Below are positions 28,590 through 37,437 of a stretch of 64,000 nt of DNA, piece after piece. How positions within the stretch are numbered: the first letter of the stretch is position 1; every line of letters begins with the position of its first letter. The DNA comes from an uncultured Candidatus Saccharibacteria bacterium (GTDB lineage: Bacteria; Patescibacteriota; Minisyncoccia; Phycocordibacterales; Phycocordibacteraceae): contig CAZJZB010000001.1 in NCBI GenBank assembly GCA_964550425.1, positions 3,509 through 67,508 on the forward strand, written 5' to 3'. Below the pieces are notes generated by a model. The model did not search any database. It worked only from the letters and a program-made list of their open reading frames with translations, and was not told the DNA's origin. The position numbers and the translations under genes were made by a program.

Positions 28590-28800
28590 GGTTCATCCTC
28601 GCGATAAAGTCGTTCTGCTAGAGACCTTGCGTGCGCTCAGGCATGGGGAGTTGGACAGGTTCCGCGTGGAGAAAGTAACCGGTAGTGATTTTTATAAAGT
28701 ACGAAAAGGAAATTTCAGATTCGTTTTTCATCATGAAAACAGCGCGATTGTCGTTGACACGGTAAAGCTCCGCAATGAGAAAACATATCGCGGTTTTTAG
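28561..28800 (+). CDS. RelE/ParE-like toxin
   Basis: GSDFYKVRKGNFRFVFHHENSAIVVDTVKLRNEKTY; overlaps the antitoxin by 29 nt. Confidence 0.6.
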   Translation: MNDIEKLLRKVHPRDKVVLLETLRALRHGELDRFRVEKVTGSDFYKVRKGNFRFVFHHENSAIVVDTVKLRNEKTYRGF

Positions 28801-29564
28801 CCGATGGTTATAGAAACAGGGCAGTGGTCGGAGCCGTAGATATCACTGCATATCTCGGCTTTCTTAATATGTTTTATGAATTCGTTCGCAACGAAGAAAT
28901 AATCGATCCGCCAGCCGACATTTCTATCGCGGGCGCGCGTCTTCATATCCCAATATGTATAGGCATTCGCGGTATGAGGGTGAAAATGCCGAAATGAGTC
29001 AACGTAACCGGCGCCGACAATTTCATCTATCCATGCACGTTCTTTCGGTAGAAATCCAGTATTTTCTTCATTCTCTTTAGGCCTTGCGAGGTCTATTTCC
29101 TCATGCGCAGTGTTCACGTCGCCGCAGAATATGACCGGTTTTTGCTTGTGTAATTTCTCTGTGAATGCGAGAAAGGCGTCGTAGAAACGCATTTTATAAT
29201 CAAGACGTTCCGGACCTTGTCCGCCATTTGGGAAGTAGACATTCAAGAGCCAGAAGTCCTCATATTCGGCTCCGATAAGGCGTCCTTCCTGATCGAATTC
29301 CTTTATTCCCATACCGTAGATGACCGACAACGGCTCGATCTTTGAATAGAGGGCGACGCCGCTGTAGCCCTTTCTCACCTGCGAGGATGAAAAGAAAGAG
29401 GAGAAGCCGGCAGGGGAGAGCATTTCCTGCGAAACTTGCTCCGGATTCGCTTTGGTCTCTTGGAGGCAGAAGATATCGGGCTTGGTGCCCTTCAAAAACG
29501 ATTCCCAATAGCCATTTTTTGCGAGGGATCGCAACCCATTTACGTTCCACGAGACGATTTTCAT
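28797..29564 (-). CDS. xth: exodeoxyribonuclease III
   Basis: WNVNGLR, CLQETK, GDFN-like, SDHCPV motifs. Confidence 0.9.
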   Translation of the reverse strand: MKIVSWNVNGLRSLAKNGYWESFLKGTKPDIFCLQETKANPEQVSQEMLSPAGFSSFFSSSQVRKGYSGVALYSKIEPLSVIYGMGIKEFDQEGRLIGAEYEDFWLLNVYFPNGGQGPERLDYKMRFYDAFLAFTEKLHKQKPVIFCGDVNTAHEEIDLARPKENEENTGFLPKERAWIDEIVGAGYVDSFRHFHPHTANAYTYWDMKTRARDRNVGWRIDYFFVANEFIKHIKKAEICSDIYGSDHCPVSITIG

Positions 29565-29632
29565 GCATCCATTCTATATCATCAATCGCTTCGCCGTCAG
29601 ACCAAAAATAATTAATTAAGAGGGAAAGTACC

Positions 29633-29673
29633 TATCCACTAAATACTGCTATAACAGGAATATAGTGGATACT
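29633..29673. repeat. nested-palindrome dispersed repeat, copy 1
   Basis: TATCCACTAAATACTGCTATAACAGGAATATAGTGGATA. Confidence 0.7.
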
Positions 29674-29707
29674 AGGCAGTGAAGAACATCCTTCTAGGAT
29701 TATGTAG

Positions 29708-30949
29708 ATGATATACTCAAAGCCGATGGACTTTTTGACAAACCAAAGAGGGTTTATTCAGATACCGCTTCTTATTGTAATCACTATAGGTTTTTTGATT
29801 TTAAGTGGTGAGGGATATGTAAGGTTTGAACAATACCAAGACCGTAAAGACAACGACGGCCTCTTCGTCAGTGAGGAATTCACGAAGAATCTTAACACTG
29901 AGTTTGCGACCGAGAATAATCAAAGCACCAGCACCCCAAAACTTTCGGAGGTTGAAAAGTTAAAAAATGAAGTGGCTGAGTTGAAATCAAAAAAAGAAGT
30001 AAATACAAAAACAAGCGAAGAACCCATCAAGAAAGCCTATGAAAAGCCCATTCTATCAAAGAAAGAGAAAACAGAAATAAATAAAGAAAAAATTATACAA
30101 ACGCCTCCCCCACAGAAGCCGGAACTATATTTGGGGAAAGACCAATTCATTTTTATACCAGTGAATTGGAATCGGGCCAAAGGGGACTTTGATATTTCTG
30201 TCAGCGCAGCAATGAAAGAATTTAAAAAGCAATATCTTGAGCTCCAGAAGCGCGCATTTCCCTTGCTGGATAGTGACGAGGCGTACTTCAATAGCAGATT
30301 TGAGGCAATCAACCTTACTAATTGCATAGATATCTGCCGTCTAGAAAGGTTGCCAACAAGCGGTTTTGATTTAGAAAACTTATGTTCAAACCAATGCCTT
30401 GATAAGAAACGACTCTATGACCCCTATCCAACCTTTATTGGTATAAGCAACGATGAAAAATTTTTTGGCAAAAACTTTCAAGAATACCTCACTATTTTAG
30501 TAGATCTGCGTAACTTGAGAAATGTATCGACCGTTGTACATGAAATCGGACATCTTTTTTGGTCTCTCTGTGACGAGTATAAGTATAGTTTGTGGCAGCA
30601 ACAAGATAAGTACTGGCCCGAATTTAAAGGAGTCAAAGGATGTCCTAATCCTTATCCGCTTACTTGTGCTGACCACCCGCAATGGATTAATAACGAAGAG
30701 AACTACCTTACATACGTGCACGGGCTTGGTCTCACCTGGGGAGGGTACAAACAGACCACTACTGACGAAAAAATTGAAAAAGAAACAGGTATCGCCTTCT
30801 GTCCTGGCGCAGTATGTACTCCGCAAGCAGGATACGATCAATGCAGAAGCACGATGGGACCCACTTTTACTCCGGACGATATACTATATTTTTTTGGAGG
30901 AAAACTAGAGACCAGAATTCCCATCGAGGCAATACTACCCCCTTGGTAA
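29708..30949 (+). CDS. secreted/membrane-anchored HExxH protein (putative zinc metalloprotease); AT-rich gene
   Basis: N-terminal TM helix, Lys/Glu-rich linker, Cys-rich C-terminal domain with HEIGHLF. Confidence 0.45.
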   Translation: MIYSKPMDFLTNQRGFIQIPLLIVITIGFLILSGEGYVRFEQYQDRKDNDGLFVSEEFTKNLNTEFATENNQSTSTPKLSEVEKLKNEVAELKSKKEVNTKTSEEPIKKAYEKPILSKKEKTEINKEKIIQTPPPQKPELYLGKDQFIFIPVNWNRAKGDFDISVSAAMKEFKKQYLELQKRAFPLLDSDEAYFNSRFEAINLTNCIDICRLERLPTSGFDLENLCSNQCLDKKRLYDPYPTFIGISNDEKFFGKNFQEYLTILVDLRNLRNVSTVVHEIGHLFWSLCDEYKYSLWQQQDKYWPEFKGVKGCPNPYPLTCADHPQWINNEENYLTYVHGLGLTWGGYKQTTTDEKIEKETGIAFCPGAVCTPQAGYDQCRSTMGPTFTPDDILYFFGGKLETRIPIEAILPPW

Positions 30950-30986
30950 CTGGGCAGTTTACTTTTCCGGAGGGTATCTCAGACGT

Positions 30987-31015
30987 AACCTGTAGACACC
31001 CAGTGTCTACAGGTT
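30987..31015. terminator. perfect 13-bp-arm palindrome between the convergent HExxH gene and xer gene
   Basis: AACCTGTAGACAC-cca-GTGTCTACAGGTT. Confidence 0.5.
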
Positions 31016-31066
31016 TGTATACCTTAAATAAAGGGGGTTCTGATCGGTATCTTATTTTCAATCGGC

Positions 31067-32047
31067 TCAGTTGCGGCCTTTCCCGTGATATTTTTTGTGA
31101 ATTTCGCGGAGGTGGGAGTCGGTAATATGCGTATAAATTTGGGTCGTATTGATGGAAGCGTGGCCAAGGAGCTGTTGAACTGAGCGGATATCGGCGCCGT
31201 TACTGAGCAAATCAGTGGCAAATGCGTGGCGGAGCGTGTGTGGTGTGACGACATTTGTGATGCCGGCACGCGCGACGTACGACTTCAGGTGCCGTTGGAT
31301 ATCGCGCGGAATGATGCGATGCAATTTGTTCGGCCGGCCGTCGACAAAGAGCGCTTCCTCCATATCTTTTCTCGCTTTGAGATAGTCACGCACGGCCTCT
31401 TTGGCAGAAGGGGAGAGGAAAACGACACGGACTTTCTCACCTTTGCCGCGCACCGATAATTCATCGCGTGTTAAATCGATATCGGCGTTTAGTGCGCAGA
31501 GTTCGGACACGCGCAGGCCGGTCGAGAAGAGGAGTTCTAAGATTGCGCGGTCTCGCAGATACTGGATTTTCTTGTTCTCGTCGGTTTCTTTCGCCAATGC
31601 CTCCCCGGGCGCTCGCATGAGCCGCTCCAGTTCGGCGGAAGTAATGAGATCAAGTTGGCGCTCGGGAAGTTTCGCTAACTCTATCTTTTCCGGAGAAATG
31701 GCGACAATGTCGCGCTTGCGAAGGAACTTGAGAAATGCGCGCAGAGCGATCATGTAGTAATTCTGGGTCCGGCGCTTCATGGAATCGGCAGCCGTACCCG
31801 GCTGCCGATTGAGCCAAAGGCGGAATTCGCGGATATTTTGCTCGGTGATATCGCCGACGTCTTTTATCTCCATCTGTGCGAAGTAGCGGGTGAGATAATG
31901 GTCATAATTCTCGACGGTCTTCACTGCGCGCCCGCGCTCTATCTCTATATATTCCAGAAATTGCCGTTTCGCTGTTTCAACCCCCATTGATGAGTAGTAT
32001 AGCGCGATATTTGCATATTTCTGCAAGACGTGGTAAGGTAGAAACAT
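31067..32047 (-). CDS. tyrosine recombinase XerC/XerD family
   Basis: R...HTLRHAFATDLL...LLGHASINTTQIYTHI catalytic motifs (R-H-R-Y). Confidence 0.85.
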   Translation of the reverse strand: MFLPYHVLQKYANIALYYSSMGVETAKRQFLEYIEIERGRAVKTVENYDHYLTRYFAQMEIKDVGDITEQNIREFRLWLNRQPGTAADSMKRRTQNYYMIALRAFLKFLRKRDIVAISPEKIELAKLPERQLDLITSAELERLMRAPGEALAKETDENKKIQYLRDRAILELLFSTGLRVSELCALNADIDLTRDELSVRGKGEKVRVVFLSPSAKEAVRDYLKARKDMEEALFVDGRPNKLHRIIPRDIQRHLKSYVARAGITNVVTPHTLRHAFATDLLSNGADIRSVQQLLGHASINTTQIYTHITDSHLREIHKKYHGKGRN

Positions 32048-32049
32048 CT

Positions 32050-32316
32050 ATGCTTACAACTAAGAAAAAGGCGGCGGTTATAAAGAATACCGCCCAACAT
32101 TCTGCGGACACCGGCTCGCCGGACGTACAGGTCGCGCTTCTTTCGAAGCAGATAGACGAGCTTGCGAAGCATCTCAAAAAGAATCCTAAGGATTTTCATT
32201 CTCGCCGCGGTCTTCTCCAGATGGTCGCTGATCGCCGTACGCATCTGCGCTACCTCGAGACGAACAACAAGCATCGCTACAGCGCGCTTATCAAGAAACT
32301 CGGATTGAAGAAGTAG
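32050..32316 (+). CDS. rpsO: 30S ribosomal protein S15
   Basis: GSPDVQVALLSKQIDELAKHLKKNPKDFHSRRGLLQMVADRR. Confidence 0.9.
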   Translation: MLTTKKKAAVIKNTAQHSADTGSPDVQVALLSKQIDELAKHLKKNPKDFHSRRGLLQMVADRRTHLRYLETNNKHRYSALIKKLGLKK

Positions 32317-32347
32317 GCACTAGGCACTGGGCTTTAGGCATTAGCGA
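32313..32347 (+). repeat. tandem heptamer TAGGCAC repeat immediately after rpsO
   Basis: TAGGCAC TAGGCAC TGGGCTT TAGGCAT TAGCG; the related unit appears after nusA at 17474. Confidence 0.5.
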
Positions 32348-32442
32348 AGAAGTGATATAATAAAAAGAGCGGCACAGTCCGCATTTACATAACCTGCGCG
32401 AAGCTTTCTTACTAAAGCCCAACGCTTAACCAACTAGTTTAT

Positions 32443-32958
32443 ATGGCAGTTATCAAACATCCAGCACAGCGTATCGGCGTATTCATCGATACGCAGAATC
32501 TCTATCACAGTGCGAAACATCTCTACAAAGCTCGCGTCAACTTCGGCAAGATCCTTGAAGAAGCCGTCGGCGGCCGCATCCTTGTGCGCGCCATCGCATA
32601 TGTTATTTCAACGGAGAGCGGCGAAGAAAAAAACTTCTTCGAAGCGCTCACCAAGATGGGCATCGAGACGAAAGTGAAAGATCTACAGATCTTCGCCGAC
32701 GGTGCGAAAAAGGCCGACTGGGATGTCGGTTTGGCGATCGATGCGGTCAAACTCGCGCCGAAACTCGATACGGTGGTTCTCGTCACGGGCGACGGCGACT
32801 TCGTGCCACTTATTCAGTATCTCGACATGAACGAGGGATGCCAGGTAGAAGTCATTTCTTTCGGCAAATCCTCATCAAGCAAACTCAAGGAGGCGGCGCA
32901 CGCGTTCACCGACATGTGCGACGATCCGCGCACATTCACGATTGCTTCGCGCAGTTAA
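32443..32958 (+). CDS. NYN-domain (LabA-like/DUF88) protein
   Basis: IGVFIDTQNLYHS ... VVLVTGDGDFVPL. Confidence 0.7.
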   Translation: MAVIKHPAQRIGVFIDTQNLYHSAKHLYKARVNFGKILEEAVGGRILVRAIAYVISTESGEEKNFFEALTKMGIETKVKDLQIFADGAKKADWDVGLAIDAVKLAPKLDTVVLVTGDGDFVPLIQYLDMNEGCQVEVISFGKSSSSKLKEAAHAFTDMCDDPRTFTIASRS

Positions 32959-33050
32959 AACATTCCGCAGCGCGGCATTCGCTCAACCGACGCTCTATTG
33001 CAGTGATAACTCGCTTCACTTCGCGCTAAATACGCTACTATGGGTAGTGA

Positions 33051-34211
33051 ATGAATACGAACGACAAAAATCCCGATATTGTTTTTGGCTCAGAACTTTC
33101 GGAAAAATACATCCGCACGTTTGCGGGCGATATGGAGACCCTTCAAAAGGGAGGAATACCCGATCTTGTGCCGCTCGTGTCGCCATCAACGACTCAAACT
33201 CCAACTCCTACCCCAACTCAAATTTCGGAACCACCGCTTGTTTCCGTATTAGAACCTCAGTTGTCAGCTGGCGTTGTCTCGCGGCGAGACGTTCCGCCGC
33301 TCCCTGATGCAGGGCCCATAAAAACGTATGCAGATGATTTTTCGGAAAGGATGAAAGAAAAGGATGCTTCAACCGCGACCGTACTTGCTGCAGAACAGGA
33401 TGCCGTTCCCCGCGTCCCATACAAAGTCCCAGAAACAACCTCGCGTTGGAATACCCGCATCATTGCAGGCACCACACTGCTCATTGTGGGAGGGTTGGGT
33501 ATATATATCGCGTATACGCGTTACGTAACGAATCTTTCACCAATCTTCATTGCGCCAACGGTCTCGGCGCCGATATTTGTTGATGATCGCGAACAAATAT
33601 CGGGCACCGGACCTGCTCTCTTACAAGCAATTGAGCAGTCGGTCACACGATCGCTTCCCACCGGCGCCGCCCGACTCCTCTATATGGCGAGCACGACAAA
33701 TACCGACAGCGTTTTTTCCGCGCTTCGCGTGCCGGCTCCCGATATTCTGCTGCGCAATGTGAATGCCGTCGGCAGTATGGCAGGCATCGTGAATACGGGT
33801 CCCGCGAGCTCTGTCAGAATAGGGGACGCCCAAAGTCCATTCTTCATACTCTCTGTTCTTTCGTACAGCAATACCTTTTCCGGCATGCTTTCATGGGAAC
33901 GTCAGATGCCGCGCGATCTTCAAACCATTTTTCCTCCCTACCCGGCGGAATCGACGGAATCTTCCGTAGCGACCTCAACATTCGCGACCACCCCATCCAA
34001 TAGCACGGTGAAAACGACTTCAAAAAAGCCAACCGTTCCCGCCTTTATGGATGAAGTTGTCGCTAACCACGATGTGCGCATCTTTCGCGATGCTGCGGGC
34101 CGGAGCATTCTTCTCTATGGATATTGGAATCAGACGACGCTCATCATCGCTCGCGATGCGGCGGCATTTACCGAGATAGTGCAACGGCTTGCAACCTCCC
34201 GAGCGCAGTGA
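33051..34211 (+). CDS. hypothetical protein with a central TM helix and Pro/Thr-rich linker
   Basis: ORF only; no recognised motif. Confidence 0.45.
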   Translation: MNTNDKNPDIVFGSELSEKYIRTFAGDMETLQKGGIPDLVPLVSPSTTQTPTPTPTQISEPPLVSVLEPQLSAGVVSRRDVPPLPDAGPIKTYADDFSERMKEKDASTATVLAAEQDAVPRVPYKVPETTSRWNTRIIAGTTLLIVGGLGIYIAYTRYVTNLSPIFIAPTVSAPIFVDDREQISGTGPALLQAIEQSVTRSLPTGAARLLYMASTTNTDSVFSALRVPAPDILLRNVNAVGSMAGIVNTGPASSVRIGDAQSPFFILSVLSYSNTFSGMLSWERQMPRDLQTIFPPYPAESTESSVATSTFATTPSNSTVKTTSKKPTVPAFMDEVVANHDVRIFRDAAGRSILLYGYWNQTTLIIARDAAAFTEIVQRLATSRAQ

Positions 34212-34228
34212 TCTGCTATTATCTCTCC

Positions 34229-34579
34229 ATGAAAACAGAACAATGTAGAAAGAAACTTGAAGAAGAAAAAAATAAGCTTGAATTGGAGATGCGGAATATC
34301 GGTCATAAAAATCCTACGGTTTCCAATGATTGGGAGCCCACCTCGCCCGAGACGGAGGGTATAGAACCGGATCTTATCGATCAGGCAAATATTATTGTGG
34401 ATCGCGAAAATAATGCAGCAATCTTTACCGATCTTGAAGCGCGCTACGATACTATTCTCACCGCGCTTTCCAGAATTGAAAACAAAATGTACGGGAAATG
34501 CGAAGTGTGCGGCGGCGCTATAGAAGAAGCGCGACTCCTCGCCGACCCAGCCGCAATGACCTGCACTATTCATTTATAA
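34229..34579 (+). CDS. DksA/TraR-family C4-type zinc-finger protein
   Basis: Coiled-coil N-terminus, then [22 protein letters not shown]. Confidence 0.7.
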   Translation: MKTEQCRKKLEEEKNKLELEMRNIGHKNPTVSNDWEPTSPETEGIEPDLIDQANIIVDRENNAAIFTDLEARYDTILTALSRIENKMYGKCEVCGGAIEEARLLADPAAMTCTIHL

Positions 34580-34584
34580 TACTA

Positions 34585-36165
34585 ATGTCCGTACCAAGAT
34601 CTAAATCCGCACCGCTTCCTGCGCGCACTCCTGCAGTGCGCGCATTGCCGAAGCATGGATATGCCAAAACACTTGCCGCGCAGCCGATCGGTTCGTCCGC
34701 ACAACTCGTTACTGTTGAGGCGGATCTCACGCGCGGACTGCACAACTTCTCGGTCGTCGGTCTTGCCGACAAGGCGGTTGGGGAGGCGCGCGACAGGGTC
34801 AGCGCCGCGATACGCCATTCCGGCTACAAACCGCCCAAGCAGCAGAATAAGCGCATCGTTCTTTCATTGTCGCCTGCGGATTTAAAAAAAGAGGGCTCAC
34901 ACTACGACCTCGCGCTCGCACTCGCATATCTCATCGCCGCCGGTGATCTCGCGCCGCTTGCTGAAGAGGCGTTGTGTGCCGGCGAACTTGCACTTGACGG
35001 AACATTGCGTGCTGTACGCGGCGTTCTCCCGCAAGTGCTTGCCGCAAAACGAAACGGTATTAAGACGATATATGTGCCGCCAGGGAATTCCCATGAAGCG
35101 TTGCTTGCCGAAGGTGTTGCCGTGTATGCGCCGAAATCGCTCGCGGAGCTCCTGCAACATTTTAAAAAAGAAAAGCAGTTGCCGCGTCTGGTGCGCGATC
35201 GGCGCGCGCCGCCGCCGCTACCCGCACTTGACCTATTGGATGTGAAGGGTCAGGAGAGCGCGAAGCGTGCGCTTGAGATTGCTGCTGCCGGCCGCCACAA
35301 TATCGTTTTCTACGGTCCGCCCGGCACTGGTAAGACCATGCTTGCTCGGGCGCTCGCAGGTATTCTGCCTCCCCTTACGGACGACGACATGCTTGAAGTG
35401 ACCGCGATACATTCGACCGCAGGACTTCTTCAAGAGGGCGAAGCGGTGTATTGGCCGCCATTTCGTTCCCCGCATCATTCGATTTCGCATGTGGCTATCG
35501 TGGGCGGCGGCGCGTTCCCTAAAGCGGGCGAGGTAACACTCGCGCATAAAGGCGTTCTTTTTCTCGACGAATTTCCCGAGTTCGATTCTCGGACGCTTGA
35601 AGCGCTGCGGCAGCCGCTTGAAGACCGCACTGTTACCGTCTCGCGAGCGCGCGCCAGCGTCACCTTTCCGGCTGATTGCATGATTGTCGCGGCAATGAAC
35701 CCGGCAGACACGCTCTCCGACGATTCGCGCGTGATGATGCGCGCGGCGGCAAAGCAGGCGCGCCGCATCTCGCGGCCTATCGTCGATCGTCTCGATCTCT
35801 GGATCGAAGTGCCGCTCGTCCCGCATGATACGCTTGCGAAACTTTCAAACGGCGAACCGTCAAGAAAAGTGCGCGAACGCGTCATAGCGGCGCGAGGGCG
35901 AGCGCACATGCGTACGGGCAAGCGGGGTGCGACAAACGCCGCTCTTACGGGCCGCGAGCTCGACGAGAAAAGCGACTTTACTGCCGCGGCGAAAGAGACC
36001 CTTACACTCTCCGCTGCACGCCTCCATCTCTCGCCGAGGAGCTACCATCGCACCATGCGCGTCGCACGGACCATTGCCGACCTCGCCGGCGCCGACGCTG
36101 TCACGCCCGCCTTCGTGCACGAAGCGCTTCAATACCGCCCGCGCGGCCTTTTTGGATTTGAATGA
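34585..36165 (+). CDS. comM: YifB/ComM-family Mg-chelatase-like AAA+ ATPase
   Basis: N-terminal Lon-like domain ([16 protein letters not shown] ... [19 protein letters not shown]), Walker A GPPGTGKT, sensor motifs. Confidence 0.85.
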   Translation: MSVPRSKSAPLPARTPAVRALPKHGYAKTLAAQPIGSSAQLVTVEADLTRGLHNFSVVGLADKAVGEARDRVSAAIRHSGYKPPKQQNKRIVLSLSPADLKKEGSHYDLALALAYLIAAGDLAPLAEEALCAGELALDGTLRAVRGVLPQVLAAKRNGIKTIYVPPGNSHEALLAEGVAVYAPKSLAELLQHFKKEKQLPRLVRDRRAPPPLPALDLLDVKGQESAKRALEIAAAGRHNIVFYGPPGTGKTMLARALAGILPPLTDDDMLEVTAIHSTAGLLQEGEAVYWPPFRSPHHSISHVAIVGGGAFPKAGEVTLAHKGVLFLDEFPEFDSRTLEALRQPLEDRTVTVSRARASVTFPADCMIVAAMNPADTLSDDSRVMMRAAAKQARRISRPIVDRLDLWIEVPLVPHDTLAKLSNGEPSRKVRERVIAARGRAHMRTGKRGATNAALTGRELDEKSDFTAAAKETLTLSAARLHLSPRSYHRTMRVARTIADLAGADAVTPAFVHEALQYRPRGLFGFE

Positions 36166-36175
36166 GATAAAAAAT

Positions 36176-36209
36176 GAAAAACGCGGCGCCTTTGGCGCCG
36201 CGTTTTTCT
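36176..36209. terminator. bidirectional rho-independent terminator
   Basis: AAAAACGCGGCGCC-tttg-GGCGCCGCGTTTTT. Confidence 0.8.
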
Positions 36210-36219
36210 CTGTAGCAAC

Positions 36220-37344
36220 TTATTGCGTGGAACAAACGGAACCGACAAAACAATTGCGAAGCGGATTTGCCGCACCGCGTACTTCAAAATGGAGATGCGG
36301 GCCTGTCGCCTGACCTGTCGCGCCGACGTAGCCGATAATTTGTCCGGACAAGACCGATTGGCCGGAGGATATGATAACGCTCCTCATGTGCGAGTAGAGC
36401 GTCTGTGTGCCGTTCTCGTGTGTGATGACGACGTAATTGCCGTAGCCGCCGTTCCAGCCACTGCCACGTGCCACGATAACTGTGCCGTTTGCCGATGCAT
36501 GAACCGGCGCGCCGCGCGCCGCGCCAATATCAACACCATTCCGTCCGTGCAGACCTTGCGTGATGATGCCGCCCGGCAAGGGGTTGCTGTAGTATCCTGT
36601 CGTCGCGGAACCGCCACCTCCGAGATATGATTCGCGAATAGATGAAGGGCTCGATGAGCGCACGCTTGGCGCAGGCGCGGCGATTTCTCCTCCGGGGATA
36701 ATGATGGTCGAGCCAACCACGAGTTTCTCCGCCGGATCAAGGCCGTTATATTGCGCAATTTCCTCCGCATCCGCTCCGTATTTCTTCGCGATTGATTTAA
36801 GCGTATCGCCTTTGATGATGGTGCGCTCGACGCCTGAGACAGGCAGAATGACGAGCGTATCACCCGGGTGGACATCTCGTACACTGCGGAGATTGTTTGC
36901 CCAAATAATGGTATTCACCGAGACACTAAACATGTCTGCAATCTCCGAGAGCGTATCACCCGGACGTACCACATAGACCGAAATACGGTCAGGTGGCGCG
37001 ATGTTCGTGCCATTGTCAATTACATCGGAAGGGCCCCTATAGGAAATGAGCGCAGAGTTTCCCGAAGTGGTGAGCGCTATGGGCGTACCTATGTTTGGAT
37101 TGCTGTTGATACTTGCTACAAGTACCGGCGTTGAAGCACTCGGGATAAATGTGTTCGCCGCCGCACCCGCATGGGTAGAGAAGGGCAAAAACGCGCGCGC
37201 GTAATTAGGTAGGATGATTGTGGCGAACGAGAGACCCACGAATCCTGTTATGAAAAATTGTTGGTTGAATTTTATAGGTAAACAAGGAAATGTGGCGTGT
37301 CTGAAAATACAAGAATGGCTTACATACTCTCGTATATAAGCCAT
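36220..37344 (-). CDS. LysM-domain M23 family peptidoglycan metalloendopeptidase
   Basis: Two LysM motifs (VRPGDTLSEIA; IKGDTLKSIAKKYG) and M23 HxH (GPHLHFEVR). Confidence 0.8.
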   Translation of the reverse strand: MAYIREYVSHSCIFRHATFPCLPIKFNQQFFITGFVGLSFATIILPNYARAFLPFSTHAGAAANTFIPSASTPVLVASINSNPNIGTPIALTTSGNSALISYRGPSDVIDNGTNIAPPDRISVYVVRPGDTLSEIADMFSVSVNTIIWANNLRSVRDVHPGDTLVILPVSGVERTIIKGDTLKSIAKKYGADAEEIAQYNGLDPAEKLVVGSTIIIPGGEIAAPAPSVRSSSPSSIRESYLGGGGSATTGYYSNPLPGGIITQGLHGRNGVDIGAARGAPVHASANGTVIVARGSGWNGGYGNYVVITHENGTQTLYSHMRSVIISSGQSVLSGQIIGYVGATGQATGPHLHFEVRGAANPLRNCFVGSVCSTQ

Positions 37345-37437
37345 CCCTTGAATGCTTCCGTATCAGTCGATACAGAGAGTATAGCCGAGGCGGGCCGATA
37401 GTCAACCGCTTTCATCATCACCTGTGGAGAGCGGTTT

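Noticed and set aside
35233-35921. - strand ORFs inside comM
   Set aside because: Antisense to a gene with a canonical Walker A motif and Lon-like N-domain.
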